Assembly: GCF_009914755.1 (NCBI RefSeq)
Contig: NC_060929.1
Length of the DNA: 64,000 nucleotides
Direction: 5' to 3' (one strand)
Origin: the human T2T-CHM13v2.0 reference genome, Homo sapiens
Position numbers and translations under genes: made by a program. Shown here in pieces: positions 29,633-46,504 of the stretch. Each line of letters starts with the position of its first letter. Position 1 is the stretch's first letter. The notes below the pieces were generated by a model. It searched no databases. It was not told where the DNA came from and saw only the letters and a program-made list of their open reading frames with translations.

Positions 29633-29802
29633 TGCCCAGGCTTGCTTAGGTAAACAAAGCAGCTGGGAAGCTCGAACTGGATGGAGCCCACCACAGCTCA
29701 AGGAGGCCTGCCTGCCTCTGTAGGCTCCACCTCAGGGGACAGGGCATAGACAAACAAAAAGACAGCAGTAACCACTGCAGACATAAATGTCCCTGTCTGA
29801 CA

Positions 29803-29938
29803 GCTTTGAAGAGAGCAGTGGTTCTCCCAGCATGCAGCTGGAGATCTGAGAATGGGCAGACTGCCTCCTCGCTTTGAAGAGAGCAGTGGTTCTCCCAGCA
29901 TGCAGCTGGAGATCTGAGAACGGGCAGACTGCCTCCTC
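29803..29938 (+). repeat. 68-bp tandem duplication inside the L1 5'UTR
   Basis: GCTTTGAAGAGAG...GACTGCCTCCTC at 29803-29870 and 29871-29938, one mismatch. Confidence 0.97.
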
Positions 29939-30283
29939 AAGTGGGTCCCTGACCCCTGACCCCCGAGCAGCCTAACTGGGAGGCACCCCCCAGTAGGGGC
30001 AGACTGACACCTCACACGGCCGGGTACTCCTCTGAGACAAAACTTCCAGAGGAACAATCAGACAGCAGCATTCGCGGTTCATGAAAATCCGCTGTTCTGC
30101 AGCCACTGCTGCTGGTACCCAGGCAAACAGGGTCTGGAGTAGACCTCTAGCAAACTCCAACACACCTGCAGCTGAGGGTCCTGTCTGTTAGAAGGAAAAC
30201 TAACAAACAGAAAAGACATCCACACCAAAAACCGATCTGTACATCACCATCATCAAAGACCAAAAGTAGATAAAACCACAAAG

Positions 30284-31300
30284 ATGGGGAAAAAACAGAG
30301 CAGAAAAACAGGAAACTCTAAAAAGCAGAGCACCTCTCCTCCTCCAAAGGAACACAGCTCCCCACCAGCGATGGAACAAAGCTGGATGGAGAATGACTTT
30401 GATGAGTTGAGAGAAGAAGGCTGCAGACGATCAAACTACTCCGAGCTACAGGAGGAAATTCAAACCAAAGGCAAAGAAGTTGAAAACTTTGGAAAAAATT
30501 TAGACGAATGTATAACTAGAATAAGCAATACAGAGAAGTGCTTAAAGGAGCTGATGGAGCTGAAAGTCAAGGCTCGAGAACTACCTGAAGAATGCAGAAG
30601 GCTCAGGAGCTGACGCAATCAACTGGAAGAAAGGGTGTCAGTGATGGAAGATGAAATGAATGAAATGAAGTGAGAAGGGAAGTTTAGAGAAAAAAGAATA
30701 AAAAGAAACAAACAAAGACTCCAAGAAATGTGGGACTATATGAAAAGACCAAATCTACGTCTGATTGGTGTACCTGAAAGTGACGGGGAGAAGGGAACCA
30801 AGTTGGAAAACATTCTGCAGGATATTATCCAGGAGAACTTCCCCAATCTAGCAAGGCAGGCCAACATTCAGATTCAGGAAATACAGAGAATGCCACAAAG
30901 ATATTCCTCAAGAAGAGCAACTCCAAGACACATAATTGTCAGATTCACCAAAGTGGAAATGAAGGAAAAAATGTTAAGGGCAGCCAGATAGAAAGGTCGG
31001 GTTACCCACAAAGGGAAGCCCATCAGACTAACAGCGGACCTCTCGGCAGAAACTCTACAAGCCAGAAGAGAGTGGGGGCCAATATTCAACATTCTCAAAG
31101 AAAAGAATTTTCAACCCAGAATTTTATATCCAGCCAAACTAAGCTTCATAAGTGAAGGAGAAATAAAATCCTTTACAGACAAGCAAATGCTGAGAGATTT
31201 TGTCACCACCAGGCCTGCCCTAAAAGAGCTCCTGAAGGAAGCACTAAACATGGAAAGGAATAACCGGTACCAGCCACTGCAAAATCATGCCAAATTGTAA
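30284..31300 (+). pseudogene. L1 ORF1p, inactivated
   Basis: MGKKQSRKTGNSK...; 1017 bp in one frame; premature stops at 30611, 30671 and 30989. Confidence 0.95.
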
Positions 31301-31363
31301 AGACCACCAAGGCTAGGAAGAAACTGCATCAACTAACGAGCAAAATAACCAGCTAACATCATA

Positions 31364-35191
<3,828 letters not shown>

Positions 35192-37959
35192 ACAATGAGA
35201 ACACATGGACACAGGAAGGGGAACATCACACTCTGGGGCCTGTTGTGGGGTGGGGGGAGTGGGGAGGGATAGCTTTAGGAGATATACCTAATGCTAAATG
35301 ACGAGTTAATGGGTGCAGCACAGCAGCATGGCACATGTATACATATGTAACTAACCTGCACGTTGTGCACATGTACCCTAAAACTTAAATAATAATAAAA
35401 TAAAAAAATTAAAAAAATTAAAAAAAAATGATGGCATCTTTAATGGTTTAATCCTTCCAGACTTTTATGACATTCTCTCTACTGGGGATCTCTTCAATAG
35501 TGTTGACAATCCTTTCCATAAAGTATCACGTGTAATGAGTGAGCCTTAAAGGTCCTTATGGCCCCTGATCTTGAGGCTGAATTACAGACATTGGTTTTGA
35601 GGGCAAGTAGACCACTTCCACACCTGTGCTGTTGACCTTATGACATTCTGAGTGGCCAGGGGGGCATTGTCCAATATCAAAAAATCTTTAAAAGGCAGTC
35701 TCTTACTGGCAAAGTGCTTCCTGACTTCAGGGACAAAGCATCAATGGAACTAATCCAGAAAAAGGGTTCTCACTATCCAGGCCTTCTTGTTGCCCATAAA
35801 AAAAACTTGCAGTTGGTGTTTATCTTTTCCCTTCAAGGCTTTTGGGTATGCAGCTTTATACATAAAGTCAGTCTTAATCATAAATATTATTGCATTTGCA
35901 CAAAATAGTAGAGTTAGCATATCCCTTTCTGCCTTAAATCTTGGTGCTTGCTCCTTTTCCTTATTAATTTATGTCCTTTATGGCATTTATATCCAGAACA
36001 AAGCACTTCCATCTGCATTTAAACCCTGTTCATGCAGATATCCTTTCTTCTCAATGATTTTTGTAATGGTATCTGGGTACCTGCCTGCTGCCTCTTTTTC
36101 AGAAGAAGCTGCTTCTCCAGTTATCTGACATTTTTAAAGCCAAACTTTTTCTAAAATTATTAAACCATCCTTTGCTGTCATTAGATTCTCTAGCTTTAGA
36201 TCCTTCATCTTCCATTTGCTTTAAATTGTCATATAGTGACGCCACTTTTTTCAAATCATATTAGTGTCTAGGTATGCTTTTCTGATACCAATCCCATACT
36301 TACATAAAAATGACAATTTCAATATGAGATAAAAATGTATTTCCCCAAAAGTACAACATTTTCATGCCTACTGGCATAGCTACAGCAAAGGCTTTATGAA
36401 TTTATCTTTTTTTACAGTGATCCTTGTGCTGGATTCATTTATCTTGAATGGCAGCAAACCACAGCTTCAGACCTCAGTCTAAGGTACATATCAAGAAATT
36501 CAACCTTGTATTGTAATGTCATGACTTCTCTATGCTTCCTGGGAGTACTTCCAGCATCACCAATGACACTTTGTATGGTCCCTTGGTGTTCTTCAAAGTT
36601 TATGGTATTGCACTAACCATAATGAAAAATATGTGAGAACAGCAAGCAATCACTTTTTACTGATTCACAATTTGCTAGAGTGACTGCTCACACAGAGATG
36701 ATTAGCATCACATGGCATTTTCAGTGGACACTTGCAACAGTTGAGCTCATTGCAGTAGCAACAGGAGGTAACTATAAAGTTATTAGGGTAGTGCAGTATG
36801 TACTTAATTTTGTGCAGTTATGATTTAATACTGTATCTTTCTGTTTATATTTCTCTTGACTGCTAGTGGCACCATGAATGGTCTATAAGTACTTTTAATG
36901 AATTTCAACTTTAGATAACAGTATTGTGTGCATTTTATGGTAGTAAATAGTAAAATAGACTAGTATCTACATATATTTTCTGCATTCATTACGTACTTAA
37001 CTTTTTCTTATTTTTTTGTCAATATTTCTAGGGTAAGCAGTTCATCTGTAAGTTTTTTCAAATTGTTGCAAATCTCCATACAAATTTCTAGTATATTTAT
37101 TGGAAAACATCCATGCATCAGTGGATCCACACAGTTCAAACCCATGTTGTTCAAGGATCAGCTGTATATCCGTTTGGATTTCTCTGTTTTTCCCTTCATC
37201 TTGGCTTACCCCTATAATACACATGAGGCTCACCACAACATTAAGATCAAAGTTGATCTCATAAATACTCCAGGCTTCATTTTCTTGCTAAGGACTGTGA
37301 TTATACTACAGTAGCTCCTGTGCCCGCAAGCCAACTAATTAGTTAGTTCATGGCCAACAATTTTAGCAAGAAACAAGAAACTCCGAAATGCATTGACCAC
37401 AGCTGCTAACACTGAGAATAAGGAGGACGCAGTTGGCAGGAAGACAAAATAAACAAACTGACCATAATTGGGGAAATGTTTTTAATCTCGAAAGATAGAC
37501 TTCCCTAACTCATGGCAAAAGTTAATAGGGCAGCATACTAGGCAAAAATCCTTAGCAAAATTCATAACCAAGATGCCATCAGTTATATTGCAACTCCTCT
37601 GGCCAGAAGATGCCATAGATCCCTGCTTATTCAAGTGTGGCCTAAGGATTATCTTAATGAGACTCTCTTAGTTGACTTAAAAATGCAGATTATATGACCT
37701 AACACCAGCCCTACTGCATGAACACCTCTTATGGGTGGTTCTGAAGTATGCTGAAGTTTGAGGACCTCAGCAATGAATAGGTAACTAAACAATGACATTC
37801 AGATCTCATTTCTTTACCATTGACTTGCTTTGGCACTTTGTTCTGTGATATGCTTATCCAAGTCCTCTCAAAAATCAGAAGGTGCCCAAGTCACTTCCAG
37901 GTTTTGAGATCCCAGAATATTAAAAGTAATGATATCAAAACAGGGTTACAAAAATGAGG

Positions 37960-38608
37960 AAAATTGTGGTTGGTTTGATTTAAAATCAGTTAACACATTA
38001 ATAGCACTTTCATACATTAGTAAAGCCATTTAATATCTGTCATAAAAATTAGATATCATTGGCAGTAGCAACAAGAATTATATATTACTCAGAAATAAGT
38101 TGAACAAAAGATGTGTAAAACTTGAATGGAGACAATTACAAATAACTTTTGAAGGGCAAAAAGAAAAAGATCTGAGTACATTGATAGATGGGATGGAAAA
38201 ATTCATTATTGTAAATATGACAATACCCACCGAAATTAATTAATTAATTCAGTGCAATTTCTATCTGAATTTCAAGAAATTTTTGGGGGGGATTTTACCT
38301 AGTGATTTTAAAGGGATATAAAACAAAGACTTAAGACAACATAAAAAATAAAGTAGGAGTATATACTCTAACAGAGATCATAACTAAGTATTCTGCTTTA
38401 GTAACTGAAACAGTGTGATATTGGTTAAGGAAGAGGCAAATCGGTGAAAGGAATTGAATTAATTGTCCTTAAAAAGGCCCATGCATCTCTGGGAACTTAC
38501 AAAAGTAGCATTGAAAGGCAGTGGAAAAACGATATAAAGATAAACTTGTCAACAAGTGCCTGTAGGACAATTACCTATCTATTTGGTAGAAAGATAGAAA
38601 TAAAATTA
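37960..38608 (+). mobile_element. Ancient L1M ORF2 fragment
   Basis: Degenerate A-rich ORF2-like text (AAATTCATTATTGTAAATATGACAATAC..., AACAGTGTGATATTGG). Confidence 0.6.
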
Positions 38609-39420
38609 GAGGATTGACAGCAAGATGACAGAATAGGAAGCCTCAGACTTTATTCTCCTACAGAGACACCAACTGAACAAAAATATACAGTCCAAAAAGT
38701 CTTTATGAGATCTTCAGATACCAGTTAGGAGGTAACAGTACCCCCAGGTAAGCTCAAAGCCAAGGACAGCCCTGTTGGAATGTGTAAGAGAAGCTGTTTG
38801 ATTTCAACTGCATCATTCCTTTCTCCAAGCCACATGACTCAACACAATTAGGAGAAAAATTGTAATTCACACTTTCTTCTTTGGTGGAAAATAGAAGAGT
38901 TAAATAAGTTAAATTTGGTTATTTCAGGGTGTTGTCTGATAGACTGATTTCTACCTCACTTGACATGTATCTCTGATGGAGCTGACATATTTTAGGTGCC
39001 TGGGGTCATAGAGAACAAAAAAGAGCTCAGCAGTTTTTTGTAGCACCAGAAATCCTGCAGTACCCCAGACAAACACTAGATAAAGAAAGATGTTACAAGC
39101 TGAAAAAAGAAATTGACAAACCTTTCTAATTGGGAAGTTGGATACATAACCCCAGTGAAGACACATCCCCATAAAAGGGTTGAGAGGTTCCCAGATTCTC
39201 TAGCCAGGCTCATTGGTGAAGTTCTTATTCTATACAAAGCCAGCCCATATAACTGGGAGAGGTGGCTGTTTTTTCAAATGCACAAATCACACAAGAAAAA
39301 TAACAAAGCACATGCATACACATACATGTATATGCACACACACACACACACGAATAAATATGGTCTAATCAAAGGAACAAAATAAAATTCCAGAAACCAA
39401 CTCTAAAAAAATGGAGATCT

Positions 39421-39718
39421 GTCGGGCATGATGCCTCACGCCTGTAATCCCAACACTTTGGGAGGCCAAGGCGGGCGGATCATGAGGTCAGGAGTTTGAG
39501 ACCAGCCTGGCCAACATGGTGAAATCCTGTCTCTACTAAAAATACAAAAGATTAGTGGGGTAGTGGAGCATGGTGGCAGGTGCCTGTAATCCCGCTACTC
39601 AGGAGACTGAGACAGGAGAATCACTTGAACTCGGGAGGCAGAAGTTGCAGTGAGGTGAGACCATGCCACTGTACTCCAGCCTGGGTAACAGAGCAAGACT
39701 CTGTCTCAAAAAAAAAGA
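39421..39718 (+). mobile_element. AluSg-like SINE
   Basis: GGATCATGAGGTCAGGAGTTTGAGACCAGCC; TSD AAAAAATGGAGATCT/AAAAAATGGAAATCT. Confidence 0.93.
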
Positions 39719-40656
39719 AAAAAATGGAAATCTATAAATTACTGGATGAAGAATTCAAAATAACCATCTTAAAACATAATGCACTACAAGAGAATGAAGA
39801 CAACCAAATAAAATCAATACAACCATGCATAAATGAAATCAGAATATCAACACAGAGACAGAAACTATTTTTAAAAACCCAGAAATTCTGGATCTGAAGA
39901 ATACAGTAACTAAATTGAAAAAAAAATGTACCAGAGGGGTTCGATTGCAGACTTGATCAAGAAGAAGAAAGAATTAGCAAACTCAAAGACAGGTAATTTG
40001 AAATTATTGAGTTAGAGGAGCAAAGAGAAAAAAGAATGAAGGAAAGTAAAGAAAGCTGAAGAAACTTATGGAAAGTTTCCTATACAAAGCCAGCCCACAA
40101 AACTTCGTATAGGATAAGCTTATGGAAACCTGAAGAAACTTACCATCAAGCAAACCAGTATATCTATTGTGGGAGTTCTGGATGCAGGGCATTGAGATAA
40201 ACAAGTAGGGAACTCAGGTAAAGAAACAATGCTCCAAAATTTTTCGAATCTTGAAAATAAAGTGAACATTGAAATTCAAAAATCTGAAAGGACTCTAATG
40301 AATTCAGAGTCCCACATCAAGACAAACTATAACTGAAAAGTCAAACAAAAAAAACCTTGAAAGAATAATAATAATTTAAAAAAGCAACTCATCATATACA
40401 AAGAAGCAACCATAAGATTACCAGTTGCTTTCTCAGCCAAAATATTACAGGACACAAAGGAGTGCGATGATATGTTTAAAGTGCTGGGGAAAAAAACCCT
40501 GCCAACCAAACGTACTATATCTAGCAAAATTGTCCTTCAGAAATGAAGAAGAAATAAAGACTTTCCAATATGAAAGCTGAGAAAGTTCATCACCAATTGA
40601 CCTGCCTCACAAGAATTGTTAAAGGGAATCCTTCAAGTTGACACAAAACAATGCTA

Positions 40657-41125
<469 letters not shown>

Positions 41126-42011
41126 TTATCTATAACTGTAAAACTGTGTTAATGGCTATGAAATATAAAAAGATGCAATTTGTGACATGCAATTTATGAT
41201 AACATAAAATGTATGTTGTGGGGAAATGTAAGGGAGTAAAGTTTTTGTATGCAATTGGATAGATGTTTTATGCAATCCTCATGGTAAACACAAGGAAAAT
41301 ATCTATAGAAGATGCACAAAAGAAAATGAGAAAGGAATCAAAGCATATCACTACAAGAAACAATGAAACACAAAAGAAGGCAGCAAGAGAAGAACACATA
41401 TATGAAGTAACTACAAGACATACAGAAAACAATTTTAAAAATAGCAATAGTAAGTTCTTTCATATCAGTAATCACTAAATGTAAATAGATTAAATTCCCC
41501 ATTCAAAATACAAATGGAATAGTTGAATGGGTTAAAAAACAACAACAACAAGATTCAAATACATGCTGATTACAAGAGACTTACTTTAGACTTAAGGATA
41601 TACATAGACTGATAGTGAAAGTATGGCAAAAGATATTCCATGAAAATGATAACCAAAGAGAGCAAGGTAGCCATACTTATGCCAGACAAGTAGACATTAA
41701 CTCCAAAACTGTCACAAGAGACAAAAGACATTTTATAATGATAAAAGAGTCAATTTGCTAGGATGATATGAATATACATGAACTTAGCAACACACCATAA
41801 TATTGTTACATGAAGCAAACACTGACAAAATTAAAAGTAGAAATAGAGAGTAGCACAGTAATAGTAAATTTTAATGCCCCACTTTCAATAATGGATAGAG
41901 CAGCAAGATAGAAAATCAATAAGGAAACCAAGGACTTGAAAAATACTATAGACTAATTGGACATGACAGGCATAAACAGAACACTCCACCCAACAACAGC
42001 AGAATATGTTC

Positions 42012-44639
42012 TTTTTTTTAACTTTTATTTTAATTTCAGGGGTACACGTACAGGTTTGTTATATAGGTAAACTTGTGCCATGAGACTTTGTTGTACAGAT
42101 TATTTCATCACCCAGGTGTTAAGCCTGGTACCCATTAGTTACTTTTCCTGATCCTCTCCTCTTCCCACCTTCCATTCTCCAATAGGCCTCTGTGTGTGTT
42201 GTTCCCCTCTATGTGCCCATGTGTTCTCATCATTTAGCTCCCACTTATAAGTGAGAACATGCAGTATTTGGTTTTTTGGTCCTGTGTTAGTTTGCCGAGG
42301 ATAACAGCCTCCAGCTCCATTCATGTCCCCCCCTGCAAAAGTCATGATCTTTCTTTTTTATGGCTGTATAGTATTCCATGGTATATATATAGAATATTTT
42401 CTTTTTCCAGTCTATCAATTTAGGTTGATTCCATGTCTTTACTACTGTGAATAGTGCTGCAATGAACACACACATGCATGTGTCTTCTTCATAATAGATC
42501 AATTTATATTCCTTTGGGTATATACCAAATAATGGGATTGCTGGGTTGAAAGGTAGTTCTGTCTTTAGGTCTTTGAGGAATCGCCACACTGTCTTCCATG
42601 ATGGCTGAACTAATTTATACTTCCACCAACAGTGTATAAGCATTCTTTTTTATTCATGACCTCACCAGCATCTGTTATTTTTTGACTTTTTACTAATAGC
42701 CATTCTGACTGGTGTGAGATGGCATCTCATTATGGTTTTGATTTGCACATCTCAAATTGAGAGACAGGACCAGCTGGATTTCCTAGGCCAACTAAGAATT
42801 CCTAAGGCTAGCTGGGGAAGGTGACTGCACCCACCTTTAAACACGGGGCTTGTAACTCAGCTCACACCCAACCAATCAGGTAGTAAAGAGGGCTCACTAA
42901 AATATCAATTAGGCTAAAAGCAGGAGGTAAAGAAGTAGTCAAATCATCTATCATCTGAGAGCACAGGGGGAGGGACAATGATTGGGATATAAACCCCAGG
43001 CATCCGAGCTGGGAGTGGGCAACCCCCTTTGGGTCCCTTCCCATTGTATGGGAGCTCTGTTTTCACTATATTAAATCTTGCAACTGCACACTCTTCTGGT
43101 CCATGTTTGTTCTGGCTTGAGCTGAGCTTTCGCTCACTGTCCACCACTGCTGTTTGCCAGCGTTGCAGACCCGCTGTTGACTTCCACCCCTCTGGATCCA
43201 GCAAGGTGTCCGCTGCGTTTCTGATCCAGTGAGGCGCCCATACCACTCCCATTTGGGCTACAGGCTCGCCATTGTTCCTGCGTGGCTAAGTGCCCAGGTT
43301 CATCCTAATTGAGCTGAACACTAGTCGCTGGGTTCCACAGTTCTCTTCCGTGACCCACGGCTTCTAATAGAGCTACAACACTCACGACATGGCCCAAGGT
43401 TCCATTCCTTGGAATCCATGAGGCCACAAACCTCAGGTCAGAGAACAAAAGGCTTGCTGCCGTCTTGGGAGTGGCCACCACCATCTTGGGAGCAGACCAT
43501 CACCATCTTGGGAGCTCTAAGAAAAAGGACCCACCCAGAACAAAATAATCAGTGATATTGAGCTTTTTTTCATATGATTCTTGGTGACATGTATGTCTTC
43601 AAAGTGTCTTTTCATATCCTTTGCCCACTTTTTAATGGGGTTGGTTAGTTCTTTATTTTCTTGTCAATTTAAGTTTCTTACAGATGCTGGATATTAGGCC
43701 TTTGTCAAATGCATAGTTTGCAAACATTTTCTCCCATTCTGTATGTTGCCTGTTTATTCTTTTGATAGTTTCTTTTGCTATGCAGGAGCTCTTTAGTTTA
43801 ATTAGATCCCCTTTGTCAATTTTTGCTTTTGTTGCAATTGCTTTTGGTGTCTTCTTAATGAAATCTTTGCCCATGCCCATTTCTTAGATGATATTGCCTA
43901 GGTTGTCTTCCAGGGCTTCTACAGTTTTGGATATTACATTTAAGTTTTTAATCCATCTTCAGTTAATTTTTGTATATGGTGTAAGGAAGGGACCCAGTTT
44001 CAGTCTTCTCCATATGGCTAGCCAGTTATCCCAGCACCACTTATTGAACAGGTAATCCTTTCTTTATTGCTTGTTTTTGTCAGGTTTGTTGAAGATTAGA
44101 CAGCTGTAAGTGTGCAGCCTTATTTCGGAGTTCTCTTTTCTGTTTCATTGGTTGATGTGTCTGTTTTGTACCACTACCATGCTGTTTTGGTTACTGTAGT
44201 CCTGTACTATAGTTTGTAGTTTAGTAGCATGATGTCTCCAGCTTTGTTCTTTTTGCTTATGATTGCCTTGGCTATCCAGGTGTTTTTTTTGTTTGTTTGT
44301 TTGTTTGTTTTTTGGTCCATATGAATTTTAAAATAGTGTTTTCTAGTTCTCTGAAGAGTCTCAATGGTAGTTTAATGGGAATAGCATTTAATCTATACAT
44401 TGCTTTGGGCAATAGGGCTTTTAACAATACTGCTTCTTCCTAACCATAAGCATGGAATGTTTTTCTGTTTGTTTATGTCATCTCTGACTTATTTGAGCAG
44501 TGTTTTGTAGTTCTCCTTGTAGAGATCTTTTATCTCCCTGGTTATATGCATTCCTAGGTATTTTATTCTTTTTGTCACAATTGCGAATGGGAGTTTGTTC
44601 CTGATTTGGCTCTTGGCTTGACTGTTTTTCATATATAAG
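42012..44639 (-). mobile_element. 5'-truncated L1PA13-15-like element, split by LTR17
   Basis: T-tail, 3'UTR GGGGTACACGTACAGGTTTGTTATATAGGTAAAC, ORF2 remnants (ORFs 42287-42643 and 43653-43880); degraded TSD AACAACAGCAGAATATGTT/AATAACAGTAGAGTACATT. Confidence 0.88.
42758..43542 (+). mobile_element. LTR17 (HERV-W) solo LTR
   Basis: TGAGAGACAGGACCAGCTGGATTTCCTAGGCC start; CCAAT box, GATATAAA, ATTAAA; ends AACA; 785 bp; perfect 4-bp TSD AAAT. Confidence 0.95.
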
Positions 44640-44688
44640 AATAACAGTAGAGTACATTTTTAAGCTTACACAGAAGATTCTCCAGGCT

Positions 44689-44937
44689 TGCTATGGTCTG
44701 AATGTTTGTGTCCCAAAAATTTGTGTTGAAGCCCTAACTTTCAAGATGTTAGGGACTATTAGGTAATATTAGGAAGTGGGGCCTCTGGGAGGTGATATAA
44801 AGGATACAAATCCCTTACAAATGGGATTAGTACCCTTATAAATGGGATTAGTGCCCTTATAATAAAATATATCCCAGAGAGAGCACTCATCCCTTCTGCC
44901 ACATAAGATTACAGTGAAAATATGGTCATCCAGGAAG
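44689..44937 (+). mobile_element. MaLR LTR 5' part (MST/MLT1A-like), 3'-truncated
   Basis: TGCTATGGTCTGAATGTTTGTGTCCC...AATGGGATTAGTGCCCTTATAA; internal 21-bp tandem duplication. Confidence 0.8.
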
Positions 44938-44939
44938 TC

Positions 44940-45564
44940 AGCTGTAGCACAGCAAAGAAAACAGGCAAGAAGGTGAAAAGGCATCCCATGAATTGGGAGA
45001 AAATATTTGCCTTCCACATATCTTATAAGAAGTTTATACTCAAAATATGTAAGGGACTCACATAACTCAATAGTAAAACAAAACAAGACAAAACAAAAAA
45101 CTTAATTAAAAAATGAGCAAAGGACTTAAATAGACATTTTTTCCAGAAAGGACATAAATATGGCCAAGAGGTATATGACAAAGTGCCCATTATCACTAAT
45201 CATCAGGGAAATGCAAATGAAAACTGCAATGAACTATTACCTAACACTTGTTAGGAGGACTATTATGAAAAAGACAAAAGATAACAAGTAATGGCAAGGG
45301 TGTAGAGAAAGGGGAATGCTTGGACACTGTTGGTAGGAATGTAAATTAGTGTAGCCATCATAAAACAGTATGGAGGTGTGTCAAAAAATTAAAAATAGAC
45401 TTACCATATGGCATAGCCATTTCTCTGTTTGGTATATAACCCAAAGAAATGAAATCAGCACCTCTTAGAGATATCTGTACTTATACATTCATTGAAACAT
45501 TATTCACAATAGCCAAGATATGGAAACAACCTGAGTGGTGAATGAATGAATGAAGAAATTGTCA

Positions 45565-45610
<46 letters not shown>

Positions 45611-46285
45611 TGCATTTCATCTTGTTTCTTGTTTTCTTTGCTCTGCTAGGGTCACCTTCCTAGATGGTCACATTTTCACTGTAATGTCATGTGGCAGAAA
45701 GGATGAGTGATCTCTCTGGGATATCTTTTACAAGGGTACTAATCACACACACATACAATCATTTTATATATATATATAAAATTCCTATATTTTTATAAAA
45801 TAAAGTTTTATTCAGCCTTACAAAAGGAGTACTGCCAATTCCAACAACATAGATGAGTTAGGAGAACATTATGCTACATGAAATAAGCCAGACATGGAAA
45901 CAAAAATACTCTATGATGTCACTTATATGGAGAGTCGAAGAAAATAAGTTAAATCTATAGGAACAGATAGTAGAACAGTGATTACCAGGTGCAAGGGGGG
46001 AAGGAAATAGGAAGAAGTAGGTCAAAGGGTACAAAGTTGCAGTTATGTAGGATGAGTAAGTCTAGAGAGGTAATGTACAGCACGAGGACTATAGTTAATA
46101 GTATTGTATTGTACACTGAAAATTTGCTAAGAGTAGATTTTAGGTGCTCCTCCCACAGCAAAAGTAACTATGGAAGGTGATGAACATGTTAATTTGACAG
46201 TAGCAATCATTTCACTATGTAAATGTATAACAAAACATCATATTGTACACCTTAAATATATAATAAAATAATTTAAAGACAAAAC
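44940..46285 (+). mobile_element. L1MA7/8-like ORF2 end and 3'UTR
   Basis: GGTCAAAGGGTACAAAGTTGCAGTTATGTAGGATGAGTAAGTCTAGAGA...AATTTGCTAAGAGTAGATTTTAGG. Confidence 0.85.
45566..45607. repeat. (CA)n microsatellite
   Basis: About 20 uninterrupted CA units. Confidence 0.97.
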
Positions 46286-46344
46286 AAAATCTATCACATG
46301 TATTAGAGTGAAGTCACTTCATCAAAATAAAACAAAAACACAAA

Positions 46345-46504
46345 ACCTAAATGTACATCAACAGATGAAAGGGTAAAGAAACTGATACATATCTACAATA
46401 AAATATCATTCAGCCCTATAAAAGGAGAAAGTCCTATCATATGCTACAACATGGATGAGTCTTGAAGACATTACGCTAAGTTAATACGCCAGTTACAAAA
46501 AAAG
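46345..46504 (+). mobile_element. L1MB-like fragment
   Basis: CCTAAATGTACATCAACAGATGAA...TGCTACAACATGGATGAGTCTTGAAGACATTACGCTAAGT. Confidence 0.7.

Larger units (their letters stand above)
29182..30283 (+). promoter_or_regulatory. L1 5'UTR internal sense/antisense promoter
   Basis: YY1 motif CAAGATGG at the 5' end; CpG-rich; known L1 architecture. Activity is not shown by the sequence. Confidence 0.75.
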
